Of a stretch of DNA of 64,000 nucleotides, positions 24,656 through 37,054 are shown one piece after another. This stretch comes from Macrostomum hystrix (Eukaryota > Animalia > Platyhelminthes). A program made the translations under genes and the position numbers. The notes beneath the pieces are model-generated. The model did not search any database, was not told where the DNA came from, and was given only the letters and a program-made list of their open reading frames with translations. The stretch covers positions 1,054,001-1,118,000 of the forward strand of contig CATNEN010000041.1 in NCBI GenBank assembly GCA_950097015.1, written 5' to 3'. Each line of letters starts with the position of its first letter. Within the stretch, counting starts at the first letter, position 1.

Positions 24656-25827
24656 CGGCTCCAATCCAGCACTAATTCACCGCCGTCCGTTGCAACACAA
24701 ACTACGGGACAACGGCACGGCCATAAAAAGTGCCTAAAATGGCAATAAATTTTACTCGCCCAGGTGGCTGGAAACAAAACGGTTTAGCGAGCAAGCCGCA
24801 AACAATTTACAATGGCTAATAAACCAGGCGTCAATTCAGCAGGATGGAGGAACGACGAGATTTGGAGCCGCCATAAAAATGCCGAGTTAATCAGCCAGCA
24901 AAAGGCAATCGGCGGATTCTAGCCCTGCTTTGGAAAGAAATGAATTGTCCTTCAGTTTCTCCCTCCCCCCTCCCCCTCCACGGATGAGGATGGAGGCGCC
25001 GCAGAGTCTGGGCAGAAAAATAAGAGGGGAATCAAAGCCGCTACAAGCCGGCCAGCCCAGCGGCTCCCCTTTCTCCAACTCCCCGTTTCCCATGCGCCAC
25101 TCAGGCTTCCTGCAGCCGCATGAGCTCCCATTGACACGGGGGATGGGGGTCCTCGCCCTCCTCACGCGCCTCTCTTTCTCGCGGGAGAACTCTGTGACAA
25201 TTTGTTAGCACCGGCTGTGGACTTGTGGCGGCGGGTTGCGGCGGCGGCTACTCCGCTAAGCTACCAATTCTCCCGCATCTCTGAGCTCCGTCATACTATA
25301 CTCAACTATACTCAACCGTCCGCTGGGATGTCTGTCTGCCCCCCAGCCCCCATCTCTCTCAGATGCCGCCTCATTACAAAGAACTCAGCCCCACCACTTC
25401 ATGTTTCTCTGTCTGCGGACAGTGGCGGGTTAGCAACGGCTGCGCCAGTGGGATTTCAGTTGTAGCAAACGGGGACAAGGCCGGGAGGGATGGGGAGAGA
25501 ATGAGGAAAAACGAGGACGCTGAGTAGTTGGAGTCCGCGCACTGCCTGGGTGGTGGGTGCGGGCTGGAGGCGGTGCCGGGGACTTTTTATTAATGGCGGG
25601 CCAGCCCCGCTGACTCGCGGTGGATTCTCCCAAGCATCAACTCAATTTCGCCGCAGCCACACGCCAGAAACAAAGGCGCAGGTAGCCAGAACAAATCGAG
25701 CTGCTCTGCACACAGCTGGCGCTTTGGTCTGCGGAGGCCGGCAGATCTGGGCCCTCAGCTTCCCCCGCGAGCTCAGCGGTCCGAGAGCAATTGTCACACG
25801 CTTCTGGAGCTGCCCGAGACAGACCAG
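24656..25827. promoter_or_regulatory. Putative divergent promoter / 5' non-coding exon region between the SLC22 gene (-) and the orphan ORF gene (+)
   Basis: GC/CpG-rich stretch bounded by a minus-strand donor (CG|GTGAGT at 24655) and a plus-strand donor (CAG|GTAGGC at 25828), with no convincing protein-coding frame. Confidence 0.4.
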
Positions 25828-25941
25828 GTAGGCTATGAAAAATTCACAATGCGCGTCTGAGAAAATAAAAAAAAAATTGGGAAGAGACAAGGACCGCTCA
25901 ATCACATACCCCGATTTCCGAATCCCAGCCCAGACGGCTTC

Positions 25942-26487
25942 ATGACGTCAAGCGGCGGCAGCAGCGGCCGCCTCGCCAAGTCCTGGGAGCAGCTGAGCGC
26001 AGCGCGAGGCCTCCGAGAAGCCTGGGCCACGCCGCGCAAACAGCTGCAAAAGCAGCAGCAGCAGCAGCCGCAGCCAGAGACGCCGGAGCCGAAGAAATTC
26101 TTCATCGGCGAGCCGGCGATGCAGCCCTCGCCGCGGGTGACGAGCATCCGCTCAATGCCCGACGGTCAGCGGCAGCCGCAGCTCGAGCGAGCGAAGCACA
26201 GCGTCAGGCGGCAGGCCTCGGACCAGACCGTCGAGTCCGGCCCTGCCTCCGCCGCCTCCTCTCTGCAGCCGCCACCTCCCCCGCCACCTCCTGCGCCTCT
26301 GCTGAGGTCGGTGAAGGCCAACCAGAGAATGTCGGTGCCGCACCTGCCCCACCAGCTGGCTGAGCGGGAGCCGCGCCGCCTCTGCCTGACCAGCGCCGCC
26401 TCCGACCACCAGCTGCCAGGCCGGCATCGGCTGCGGCCGCAGGTCTTCAGCATCGACGAAGCCCTGCGTCGGACTGTGGACGATTGA
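25942..26487 (+). CDS. Uncharacterised Q/P/S-rich protein, 181 aa, possibly extended past the TGA (see findings)
   Basis: GC3-rich codons like the bona fide genes; preceded by a candidate 5'-UTR intron (GT 25828 to AG 25928 or 25933); contains basophilic kinase-like motifs (RRQAS). Confidence 0.6.
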   Translation: MTSSGGSSGRLAKSWEQLSAARGLREAWATPRKQLQKQQQQQPQPETPEPKKFFIGEPAMQPSPRVTSIRSMPDGQRQPQLERAKHSVRRQASDQTVESGPASAASSLQPPPPPPPPAPLLRSVKANQRMSVPHLPHQLAEREPRRLCLTSAASDHQLPGRHRLRPQVFSIDEALRRTVDD

Positions 26488-26542
26488 CCTGCCAGGGGAG
26501 GGGTGGGTCGACAGTGCGACCACCGCGTGCTCCGGGCTCGGA

Positions 26543-26880
26543 AAATCTCACAGCACCAGGTTAGAATCCCCGAAATCTCACTCCAACAGGTTAGAATCCC
26601 CGAAATCTCACTCCAACAGGTTAGAATCCCCGAAATCTCACCCCAACAGGTTAGAATCCCCGAAATCTCACCCCAACAGATTAGAATCCCCGAAATCTCA
26701 CCCCAACAGATTAGAATCCCCGAAATCTCACACCAACAGGTTAGAATCCCCGAAATCTCACTCCAACAGGTTAGAATCCCTGAAATCTCACACCAACAGG
26801 TTAGAATCCCCGAAATCTCACCCCAACAGATTAGAATCCCCGAAATCTCACCTCAACAGATTAGAATCCCCGAATCTCAC
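26543..26880 (+). repeat. 30-bp minisatellite x11 spanning an exon end and the donor CAG|GTTAGA
   Basis: Unit AAATCTCACxCCAACAG|GTTAGAATCCCCG; 7 copies with GT, 4 with AT. Confidence 0.93.
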
Positions 26881-28494
26881 TGGGGTCTGTCAGCTCCAAG
26901 CCGCTCGGGTGGTCGCACTGACGGATTTCTCGGACAGAAATTTCGACAATTCTTTTAAGCCGCAAACCCGAAGGCCTTGCCCGTGCTCAAGGATTGGAAT
27001 GCATGCTTCATTTATTTTCTGCGATTTATCGAGTCCCCGAAACCTTTAGGACAGCAGTTGAGCAGTCTCTCACCATGAGGCTGGGAGCAACTCGTACTCA
27101 AATGCTTTCGTATCCGGGGTCAACAGTTGCTATGAAGTGCTGCCATCCGACTCTTTCCTCCTTCTTTAACCTGTCCCACCCTGTCGCTTCAGCTACCTCC
27201 CAATAGAAGCTTTCGAAACAGCCATTTTGCTGCTCAACAATAAATTCCCCATTTTAAAGGAACCAGCATCCATGCCTCTGCCAGATGACAGAAATAAAAC
27301 CGAATGCACCCCAGCCTGCAGTGTCCGCGTGCTTTCAAGACACAAATTATTTCAGTTGAATCGGCGCCACTTTTGTTTGAAATATTTATTTGCCGGATTA
27401 AGTTACGCTAGAAATGTGATATAGATATTTTCGAAGCATTAAATCGTTTGAAACCCCTATTTAATGTATGCTTGGCAAGAAATTATCTAAGTTGAAACTT
27501 CAGGTGTTTCAGGTGCTGTGTGATTTTTGTTTTATCTCGTGAGAGAGCAAATCAGCTGAAACAGTGAAAAACAGTTGGTGTTCCGGTGTTGCAGTGACGC
27601 TTTGTTTTGTTGAAAATAATTTGTAAAACACATTTTTATTGCTGAAAATACGGTTAGGACCAAGACGAGGGGCAAATACGGAGGGAGGGAGGTAAACACA
27701 GATAGAGAGTAGCAATAAATCACAGCTTTAGATGACAAGTTTACAAGCGCGCTTATCACTGAATTTTGTCCAACAAAAATATTTCTGTGTAAAAAATAAA
27801 GCAGCATTTTTCGCACTTTCATTCAGCCAAACGTTCTGCAGGGAGAGGGTCAATGACTAAAAATCTTTACAAAAGTACATTTTCTACTGCAAAGAACACT
27901 TTACAAAATGACAACACGCACGCGCGCCGCAAACGCTAGAAGTTAAAAGTATATTGCATGCCTTGCATATCAAAGTAAAGAGGACGAGTGTCAAATTCAG
28001 AATCACAACCAGGTAGGCAATACTCGTCATTCCGCATTTTATGAGGCTTTGGGAGGACAGGACAGACACGGGACAAAGCAGCGAGCAGTGGGCATTTTAG
28101 ACCAGATTTGCGGATCCTCAGAGCACCCCGCGGCAACAGAAATGCATCCTCAGCTTTAGCAAACCAGTACTAAAGTGTACTGACTGTGACAGGTGTAAAA
28201 CTGGTGAACAGCTCAAGTAACAGCTCGTATATTAACTAACAAAGTCGGACAAAGACAGACAAAAAAAGGCGGGTAACACACGACGCAATGACTGAGTTCA
28301 GTTGATGTCGGAGTATTTTGGGATTAAAAAGTATCGATTGACTTGATCATAGGCAGCTCAAAAAAAAGAGAAATCAGTAAAGCAGCGAAAAGAAGAAAAC
28401 CAATTAAAAGAAGATGAGCTGATCAAATTGAATCAGACAGAAAACATATTTGCACAGACAAATTTGAGTCATATCTCACGGATCTGGAGAATCA

Positions 28495-28750
28495 GGTGTA
28501 AAATCCCAGGTCCTGGATTTCAGGTGTCAAATCCCAGATCCTGGACTTCACGTGTCGAATCCCAGATCCTGGACTTTACGTGTCGAATCCCAGATCCTGG
28601 ACTTTACGTGTCAAATCCCAGGTCCTGGACTTCAGTTGTCAAATCCCAGATCCTGGACTTCACATGTCGAATCCCAGATCCTGGACTTCACGTGTCAAAT
28701 CCCAGATCCTGGATTTCAGATGTCAAATCCAAGGCCCAGAATCCCAGATT
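28495..28750. repeat. 28-bp tandem repeat (TGTCGAATCCCAGATCCTGGACTTTACG), about 9 copies, downstream of GNAT-A
   Basis: Periodicity visible directly in the sequence. Confidence 0.9.
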
Positions 28751-28845
28751 TTGATTTCTGAAAAGAAAAACCTATAGTCCTAAATCCCATCCCAAAGCAT
28801 CAAAAACTACAGAATCCCAAAGCTCTCTAATGGAATAATAAAGCA

Positions 28846-30858
28846 TTATATTTCCGCAGTGGGTTCCTCTGTCATCAGGTGTGTCATTAAATCAGCTGCC
28901 AGCCGACCAACGCTCGGACAGGCCACGCCGCGGCCGGCCAGCTTGTCCAGCGCCATGCCGGACAGGTCGCACACGTGCCAATTCTCGCTGGCCGTGCTGT
29001 CCTCCAGGCCGACCTTGATGAGCAGCTGGCGCAGGCGGCTGTCCCGCCGGCCGGCCTCCAGCCAGAACCTCACGGGTCGTACCGGCAGGCAGGTGAGCAG
29101 GCGGCCGAGCAGCCGGCGCAGGGTGGCCGCGTTAAGCAGGGCGCAGCCGCGCGCCGGGCAGCTGGGCCGCACGGCCTCCAGGTCAGCCTGCGAAAGGTTT
29201 GAGGTTTGAATTCAGCTTTTCAAAATCTCAGCATTAAAAGTGGTAGAAATCTCAGTTAAAAAATATGCAGCCTCACCTGAGCAACGGGTCCGTCCCACAT
29301 GCAGTAGGTGAGCGCCACGGTGCCCTGCAGGCGGCAGTCGCAGGCCGAGCAGGTCAGGGCGAACCGGCGGCCGGCTTCGACTCCGCCGGCCAGGCGGCTG
29401 TCGCAGTCGCGCAGCTCCAGGCGGAGGCCTGCGGGCAGCGGGCGGCGCCCGGCCTGCAGGGTGGAGGACACGGTCCTGGGGAACCACAGCTCGAAGAAGC
29501 CGATGTTCTCAGTCTCAGTCAGGAACTCGAATCCCAGGCGCCTGTAGCAGTTCACGGCCGGCTGGTTGGTCCGCTGGACCAGCAGCTTCACGTGGCCGAA
29601 ATTCGAGGCCTGCGCCAACTTGGCCAGCGTGGCTAGCAGAGACTGACCCACCTGGCGACGACGTTTGGGTAAGTTTGGTTCAGTTTGGGTCAGCCTGAGT
29701 CAGTTTGGGTCAGTCTGAGTCATTTGAGTCAGGTTGGATCAGTTTGGGTCAGTCTGGGTCAGTTTAGGTCAGGTTGAATCAGTTTGGATCAGTCTGGGTC
29801 AGTTTGGGTCAGTTTGGGTCAGGTTGGATCACTTTGGGTCAGCCTGAGTCAGTCTAGGTCAGTCTGAGTCAGTTTTGGTCAGGTTGGATCAGTTTGGATC
29901 AGTCTGGGTCAGGTTGGATCACTTTGGGTCAGCCTGAGTCAGTCTAGGTCAGTCTGAGTCAGTTTTGGTCAGGTTGGATCAGTTAGTTTCAGTCTGGGTC
30001 AGTTTGGGTCAGGTTGGATCAGTTTGGATCAGTCTGGGTCAGTTTGGGTCAGTCTGGGTCAGTTTGGGTCAGTCTGGGTCAGTTTGGGTCAGGCCGGTTG
30101 GGTGGGTCCGGCCAGTTGGGTAGGTCAGGCTGTTTGGGTGGGTCAGACTGGTTGGGTGGGTCAGTCTGGTTGGGTGGGTCAGGCTGGTTGGGTGGGTCAG
30201 GCTGGTTGGGTGGGTCAGGCTAGTTGGGTGGGACAGGCTGGTTGGGTGGGTCAGGCTAGTTGGGTGGGTCAGGCTGGTTCGGTCAGGCTGGTTGGGTGGG
30301 TCAGGCTGGTCGGGCGGATCACTCTCATGTTGGGTGGGTCAAGCTGGTTGGGTGGGTCAGGCTGGTCGGGCGGATCACTCTCATGTTGGGTGGGTCAGGC
30401 TGGTTGGGTGGGTCAGGCGGGTCGGTTGGGTCAGGCAGGGTCAGATGAGTCCTTACCTGATGCCTGCGGTACAGAGGCTCCACGTAGAGGCTCTGCACGT
30501 AGAATCCGGGCTGCGAGTGGCGCAGCAGGTAGGACGGCGTGTACAGCAGGTAGCCGACCACGCGGCCGTCGGCCTCGGCAACCATGATGCGGAACAGGCC
30601 GTCGATGAGCATGAGCCGGTGTGCCTCGCTGCCCAGGCGGCAGTACTGCAGCATGCCATCGTGACACCTAGCCAGCTCCTTCTCGTGGCAGGTCACCTGC
30701 AAAGAGCAGAAACCATTTTAAATGCGAATTTCAAAAGCGAATTCGAGCCTGTGACTTCATGAACAAAAAATTCGGGTTTTTACCTGGAACATGTCAGCCG
30801 GCTTTCCGTAGCGAATCACAACCGGAACGAAAGCGGCAGCGGAGGTGTCAAAACTCAT
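28846..30858 (-). CDS. GNAT-A: tandem SSAT-like acetyltransferase, about 343 aa; exons 30858-30784, 30696-30457, 29651-29277, 29187-28846
   Basis: All introns are GT-AG phase 0. Domain 1 has VIRYGKPAD, VVGYLLY, GFYVQSLYVEPLYRRHQ|VGQSLL and NQPAVNCYRRLGFEFLTETE. Domain 2 has LTYCMWDG and ENWHVCDL. Confidence 0.85.
29670..30443. repeat. Compound minisatellite in GNAT-A intron 2 (10-bp TCAGTTTGGG units, then 17-bp GGTGGGTCAGGCTGGTT units)
   Basis: Periodicity visible directly in the sequence. Confidence 0.93.
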
Positions 30859-30928
30859 GGCGGCGGCGGGCAGCGGCTGCTGAAATTCGGCATGTCAGGA
30901 AATGAAAGACAACAAAAGCAATAGAATC

Positions 30929-31134
30929 CTGCTGATCCCAATCACCTGTGAATCCCACTGATCCCAATCACCTGTCAATCTCACTGATCCCAATCACCTG
31001 TGAATCCCACTGATCCCAATCACCTGTCAATCCCACTGATCCCAATCACCTGTGAATCCCACTGATCCCAATCACCTGTCAATCCCACTGATCCCAATCA
31101 CCTGTGAATCCCACTGATCCCAATCACCTGTCAA
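30929..31134. repeat. 26-bp tandem repeat (CTGATCCCAATCACCTGTGAATCCCA), about 8 copies
   Basis: Periodicity visible directly in the sequence. Confidence 0.93.
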
Positions 31135-31619
31135 TTTAACAGAAGCATAGTTGTGCACTAGACACAGACCAAAGAAAGCAAGCCAGGAAGCCAAAAAGCT
31201 CAAGCAAAGTAGAAGTGCTTCAAAATATAAAAAAGCTGGCTCACAGCAGATGCGCAGCAGCGGCCTAAAACCAAAAGCAACGCCGCAAAGGTTTTGTCCT
31301 GGACGGGAAGCACGAAGAAGAAAAATGGAAATGGTCAACGCAAAAATCTGCAACAGCAGGTAAGAGCCATAATAATAAACGATACCAAATCAATAAAATT
31401 TGAAGCACCAACGATACAGATGAACTTTAATGCGTACCTAAAAACTGTACCTCGTGGACACAGACATTTCCGTCCACACAATTTTAAATTTAAATGTATT
31501 ATCTTTTATCTTGTCATACGTGGCAACACTGTCTGATTGACATTCCAAAGTACGAGTATAAGTCGAGTCACGTGAATTCAGGGTGGGTGGGCGCGCAGCC
31601 AATCAGGAAGCTCCGAAAC

Positions 31620-33611
31620 TCAGGCGGCAACCAAGAAGTGCTCGGCCAGCTGCCGGCCCGCCAGGCCACCGAAGGCGCCGCCCCGCAGCACGCAGACGAC
31701 CCAGTCGCCGTCGTGCCGACCGTCGAAGTCCTCCAGGCCGACGTGCAGCAGCATCCGGCAGAGCTCGGCCTGTCGCCGGGGCACCTCGAGCCAGATCCGC
31801 CTGGGTGACGCGGCCGCGCTGAGCGCCAGGCGGCCCAGCAGCCGCTTCAGGTTGGCGGCGGTCAGCAGCTGGCAGGGCCGGCCACAGCAGGCGGGACGAA
31901 GCAGCCGAAGCTCTACCAGCATGATGCAGCCGTCCCACATGCAGTAGGTGAGGGCCGCGGTGCCCTGCAAGCGGCAGTCGCAGGCCGAGCAGGTCAGGGC
32001 GAACCGGCGGCCGGCCTCGACCCCGCCGGCCAGGCGGCTGTCGCAGTCGCGCAGCTCCAGGCTGATGCCGGCCGGCAGGGGGCGGCGGCCGGCCTGCAGA
32101 GTCGAGTTCACGAACTTGGTCGGCCACAGCTCGAAGAAGCCAATGTTCTCAGTCTCGGTCAGGAACTCGAATCCCAGGCGCCTGTAGCAGTTCACGGCAG
32201 GCTGGTTGCTCTGCTGGACTAGCAGCTTCAGGTGGCCGAAGCCCGAGGCCAGAGATAAGCGGGCCAGGGTGGCGAGCAGCGACTGGCCGAGCTGCAGTCG
32301 GTGTTAAGGGAATTATGGGGATTATTTAAAGAACCAAGGAAATTTGACAAAGCATGAATAAGAAACGGGATCTGAAGATTAGAAAATAGAAAACCGTTCG
32401 GGAATTCCACGAAGAAAATGTAAAAATTACATGAGAAAATTGAAATGAGTCATGAGGAAATGGGACATGAGGAAATGGGACATGAGGAAGTGGGGCATGA
32501 GGAAGTGGGACATGAGGAAGTGCGACATGAGGAAGTGGGGCATGAGGAAGTGGGACATGAGGAAGTGGGACATGAGGAAGTGGGACATAAGTAAGTGGGG
32601 CATGAGGAAATGGGACATGAGGAAATGGGACATGAGGAAGTAGGGCATGAGGAAATGGGACATGAGGAAGTGGGACATGAGGAAGCGGGACATGAGGAAG
32701 TGGGACATGAGGAAGTGGGACATAAGTAAGTGGGGCATGAGGAAATGGGACATGAGGAAATGGGACATGAGGAAATGGGACATGAGGAAGTAGGGCATGA
32801 GGAAATGGGACATGAGGAAATGGGACATGAGGAAATTGGGCATGAGGAAATGGGACATGAGGAAGTGGGGCATGAGGAAGTGGGGCATGAGGAAATGGGA
32901 CATGAGGAAATGGGACATGAGGAAGTGGGGCATGAGGAAGTGGGGCATGAGGAAGTGGGACATGAGGAAGTGGGGCATGAGGAAATGGGACATGAGGAAG
33001 TGGGGCATGAGGAAGTGGGACATGAGGAAGTGGGACATGAGGAAGTGGGGCATGAGGAAGTGGGGCATGAGGAAGTGGGACATGAGGAAGTGGGACATAA
33101 GTAAGTGGGGCATGAGGAAATGGGACATGAGGAAGTGGGGCGTGAGGAAGTGGGGCATGAGGAAGTGGGGCATGAGGAAGTGGGACATGAGGAAATGGGA
33201 CATGAGGAAGTGGGACATGAGGAAATGGGACATGAGGAAGTGGGGCGTGAGGAAGTGGGGCATGAGGAAATGAGCAGTGGCCCGGGAGCGCACCCGGTGC
33301 CGCCGGTGGGTTTCGGCCACGTAGAGGCTCTGTACGTAGAGCCCTGGCTGCGCCAGCTCGGCCGCGTGCGACACAGTGTAGAGCGAGAAGCCAACAAGGC
33401 GGCCGGTTTCCATGGCAACGGCCACCAGCAGTTTGAGCAGTCCGGACTGCATCATGAGACAGTGCTCGGTGAAGCTGCAGCGGCTGTACAACTGCATGCC
33501 GTCATGACAGGCCACCAGCTTCAGCTCCAGGTCGGCTGCCTGGGCGAGGTCCGCCAGGGTGCCGGGCCGGATGAGCACGGTGGGCTCGAGTTGGGAGATA
33601 AGCGTTGTCAT
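31620..33611 (-). CDS. GNAT-B: tandem SSAT-like acetyltransferase, about 329 aa; exons 33611-33294 and 32291-31620
   Basis: LIRPGTLAD...LVGFSLY...GLYVQSLYVAETHRRHR|LGQSLLATLARLS...NQPAVNCYRRLGF...LTYCMWDG...DWVVCVL; intron CGG|GTGCGC...TGCAG|CTC at the position shared with the paralogs. Confidence 0.85.
32450..33271. repeat. 15-bp minisatellite (CATGAGGAAGTGGGA), about 55 copies, in the GNAT-B intron
   Basis: Periodicity visible directly in the sequence. Confidence 0.95.
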
Positions 33612-34669
33612 GGCATCGGGGAGATCGGATGCCGCCGAGGCTGAAACAATAAAAATTAAATGGAGTTGAAATCCAAAATTATACGCGACTTCTTGAGCAC
33701 TCAGATCCCAGAATGGAGAGGATAAAAGCCTGCTCTCAGGTGCCTCACTGAACCTGCCAAATGCACTTTTAATTTGTCCAACACCCTCGCGCGACTAGCA
33801 TGTGGGCATTGTCAGCAACTGGGAAATTATTTAATAATAAACTGTTATCCCATTGGGATAATTGCTGATGCACTCAGCTTAACTTGATCCACTGCTTGCC
33901 AGTGACATTGGAAATACGGGCTATCAGATAGTCTGAATAAATTTCCCAGTGAAAAATGATTGAGACAAACAATTTACACTGCTATAAGCTGCTGGCTGCA
34001 ATGCTAAGGCGGGTTGGCTTGATTGCGCCGATACAAAATATAACAGAACTGGTCAAATTGGGATCAGCAATGTACAGCTAGTATTGCAATCAATCGCTGA
34101 TAATTAGCTAAATAAAGTATTGTAAAATAGTAAATTAGAAACGATTTACAGACTGGACTCACAAACAGACAGCAGGATTGGTAATTCAGGTAGACTCAAA
34201 AAAACTGACTCAAGAATTGCAGAATAATGTAGAAATCAGTTGCGGCATGAATTATTGATGCGGACGGTCCAAGTCTGCACAAACAATAACAGGAGGACTG
34301 GCTTGGGATACTCAATGCTGCCCCATTCTCCCAGTCAGCTCTCGGCCCAGTGAGTTGCAAATAAAAAACAACTCCCACACTTTCACTCACTGGGCGCCGA
34401 GTGGGGATAAAAGTGCAGCACAATGGGAAGCTCCGAGAGAAAAATCTGTAAAATTTCAGGAAGACATTAGGAAAGATTGCACCAATCAGCCGTGTAGAAA
34501 AATGTTTACACTGTAAGCGAATTGCCTTGGTAAGATTAAAGCACATGGACTGCAAAAAACATTGCGGCACAAACAGCGAAGTAATGAAAAATCAGATTGA
34601 AAAAAATTGATTGCACTTTTAGATAGCTAAAATTTTAGTTTATTTTTAGCTGATCCCGGCAAGCAGAGG

Positions 34670-37020
34670 GCAGAGCGAGAAGCTAATGACCGAACTCAAA
34701 TGATCAAATGAGAGGCTAATGACCGATCTCAAATGATCAAAGGAGAGGCTAATGACCGATTTCAAATGATCAAAGGAGAGGCTAATGACCGATCTGAAAT
34801 GATCAAAGGAGAGGCTAATGACCGATCTGAAATGATCAAAGGAGAGGCTAATGACCGATCTGAAATGATCAAAGGAGAGGCTAATGACCGATCTGAAATG
34901 ATCAAAGGAGAGGCTAATGACCGATCTGAAATGATCAAAGGAGAAGCTAATGACCGATCTGAAATGATCAAGGAGAGGCTAATGACCGATCTGAAATGAT
35001 CAAAGGAGAGGCTAATGACCGATCTGAAATGATCAAAGGAGAGGCTAATGACCGATCTGAAATGATCAAAGGAGAGGCTAATGACCGATCTGAAATGATC
35101 AAAGGAGAAGCTAATGACCGATCTGAAATGATCAAGGAGAGGCTAATGACCGATCTCAAATGATCAAAGGAGAGGCTAATGACCGATCTCAAATGATCAA
35201 AGGAGAGGCTAATGACCGAACTCAAATGATCAAAGGAGAGGCTAATGACCGATCTGAAATTATCAAAGGAGAAGCTAATGACCGATCTGAAATGATCAAG
35301 GAGAGGCTAATGACCGAACTCAAATGATCAAAGGAGAGGCTAATGACCGATCTGAAATTATCAAAGGAGAAGCTAATGACCGATCTCAAATGATCAAAGG
35401 AGAGGCTAATGACCGATCTCAAATGATCAAAGGAGAGGCTAATGACCGAACTCAAATGATCAAAGGAGAGGCTAATGACCGATCTGAAATTATCAAAGGA
35501 GAAGCTAATGACCGATCTCAAATGATCAAAGGAGAGGCTAATGACCGATCTCAAATGATCAAGGGAGAGGCTAATGACCGAACTCAAATGATCAAAGGAG
35601 AGGCTAATGACCGATCTGAAATGATCAAAGGAGAAGCTAATGACCGATCTGAAATGATCAAGGAGAGGCTAATGACCGATCTCAAATAATCAAAGGAGAG
35701 GCTAATGACCGAACTCAAATGATCAAAGGAGAGGCTAAAGACCGATCTCAAATGATCAAATGAGAGGCTAATGACCGATCTCAAATGATCAAGGGAGAGG
35801 CTAATGACCGAACTCAAATGATCAAAGGAGAGGCTAATGACCGATCTGAAATGATCAAAGGAGAAGCTAATGACCGATCTGAAATGATCAAGGAGAGGCT
35901 AATGACCGATCTCAAATAATCAAAGGAGAGGCTAATGACCGAACTCAAATGATCAAAAAAGAGGCTAAAGACCGATCTCAAATGATCAAATGAGAGGCTA
36001 ATGACCGATCTCAAATGATCAAGGGAGAGGCTAATGACCGAACTCAAATGATCAAAGGAGAGGCTAATGACCGATCTGAAATGATCAAAGGAGAAGCTAA
36101 TGACCGATCTGAAATGATCAAGGAGAGGCTAATGACCGAACTCAAATGATCAAAGGAGAGGCTAATGACCGATCTGAAATTATCAAAGGAGAAGCTAATG
36201 ACCGATCTCAAATGATCAAAGGAGAGGCTAATGACCGATCTCAAATGATCAAAGGAGAGGCTAATGACCGAACTCAAATGATCAAAGGAGAGGCTAATGA
36301 CCGATCTGAAATTATCAAAGGAGAAGCTAATGACCGATCTCAAATGATCAAAGGAGAGGCTAATGACCGATCTCAAATGATCAAGGGAGAGGCTAATGAC
36401 CGAACTCAAATGATCAAAGGAGAGGCTAATGACCGATCTGAAATGATCAAAGGAGAAGCTAATGACCGATCTGAAATGATCAAGGAGAGGCTAATGACCG
36501 ATCTCAAATAATCAAAGGAGAGGCTAATGACCGAACTCAAATGATCAAAGGAGAGGCTAAAGACCGATCTCAAATGATCAAATGAGAGGCTAATGACCGA
36601 TCTCAAATGATCAAGGGAGAGGCTAATGACCGAACTCAAATGATCAAAGGAGAGGCTAATGACCGATCTGAAATGATCAAAGGAGAAGCTAATGACCGAT
36701 CTGAAATGATCAAGGAGAGGCTAATGACCGATCTCAAATAATCAAAGGAGAGGCTAATGACCGAACTCAAATGATCAAAAAAGAGGCTAAAGACCGATCT
36801 CAAATGATCAAATGAGAGGCTAATGACCGATCTCAAATGATCAAGGGAGAGGCTAATGACCGAACTCAAATGATCAAAGGAGAGGCTAATGACCGATCTG
36901 AAATGATCAAAGGAGAAGCTAATGACCGATCTGAAATGATCAAGGAGAGGCTAATGACCGATCTCAAATGATCAAAGGAGAGGCTAATGACCGATCTCAA
37001 ATGATCCAACGGGAGGCTGA
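34670..37020. repeat. 33-bp minisatellite (AAATGATCAAAGGAGAGGCTAATGACCGATCTG), about 70 copies, with 230-bp and 822-bp higher-order periods
   Basis: The diagnostic variant ATCAAAAAAGAGGCTAAAG recurs at about 35952 and 36774, and ORF-track blocks recur at +822. Confidence 0.95.
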
Positions 37021-37054
37021 TGACAGGACTCAGAAGAAGCGCAGAGGCGGCCCT

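Noticed and set aside
32427-33293. Continuation of the GNAT-B exon 1 frame into (HFLMS)n
   Set aside because: Read-through into the 15-bp intronic satellite; the splice position is fixed by the paralogs
34670-37020. Regular 28-50-bp arrays (here and at 40555, 41534, 45800) resembling CRISPR
   Set aside because: Head-to-tail repeats without unique spacers, no cas genes, and a eukaryotic context
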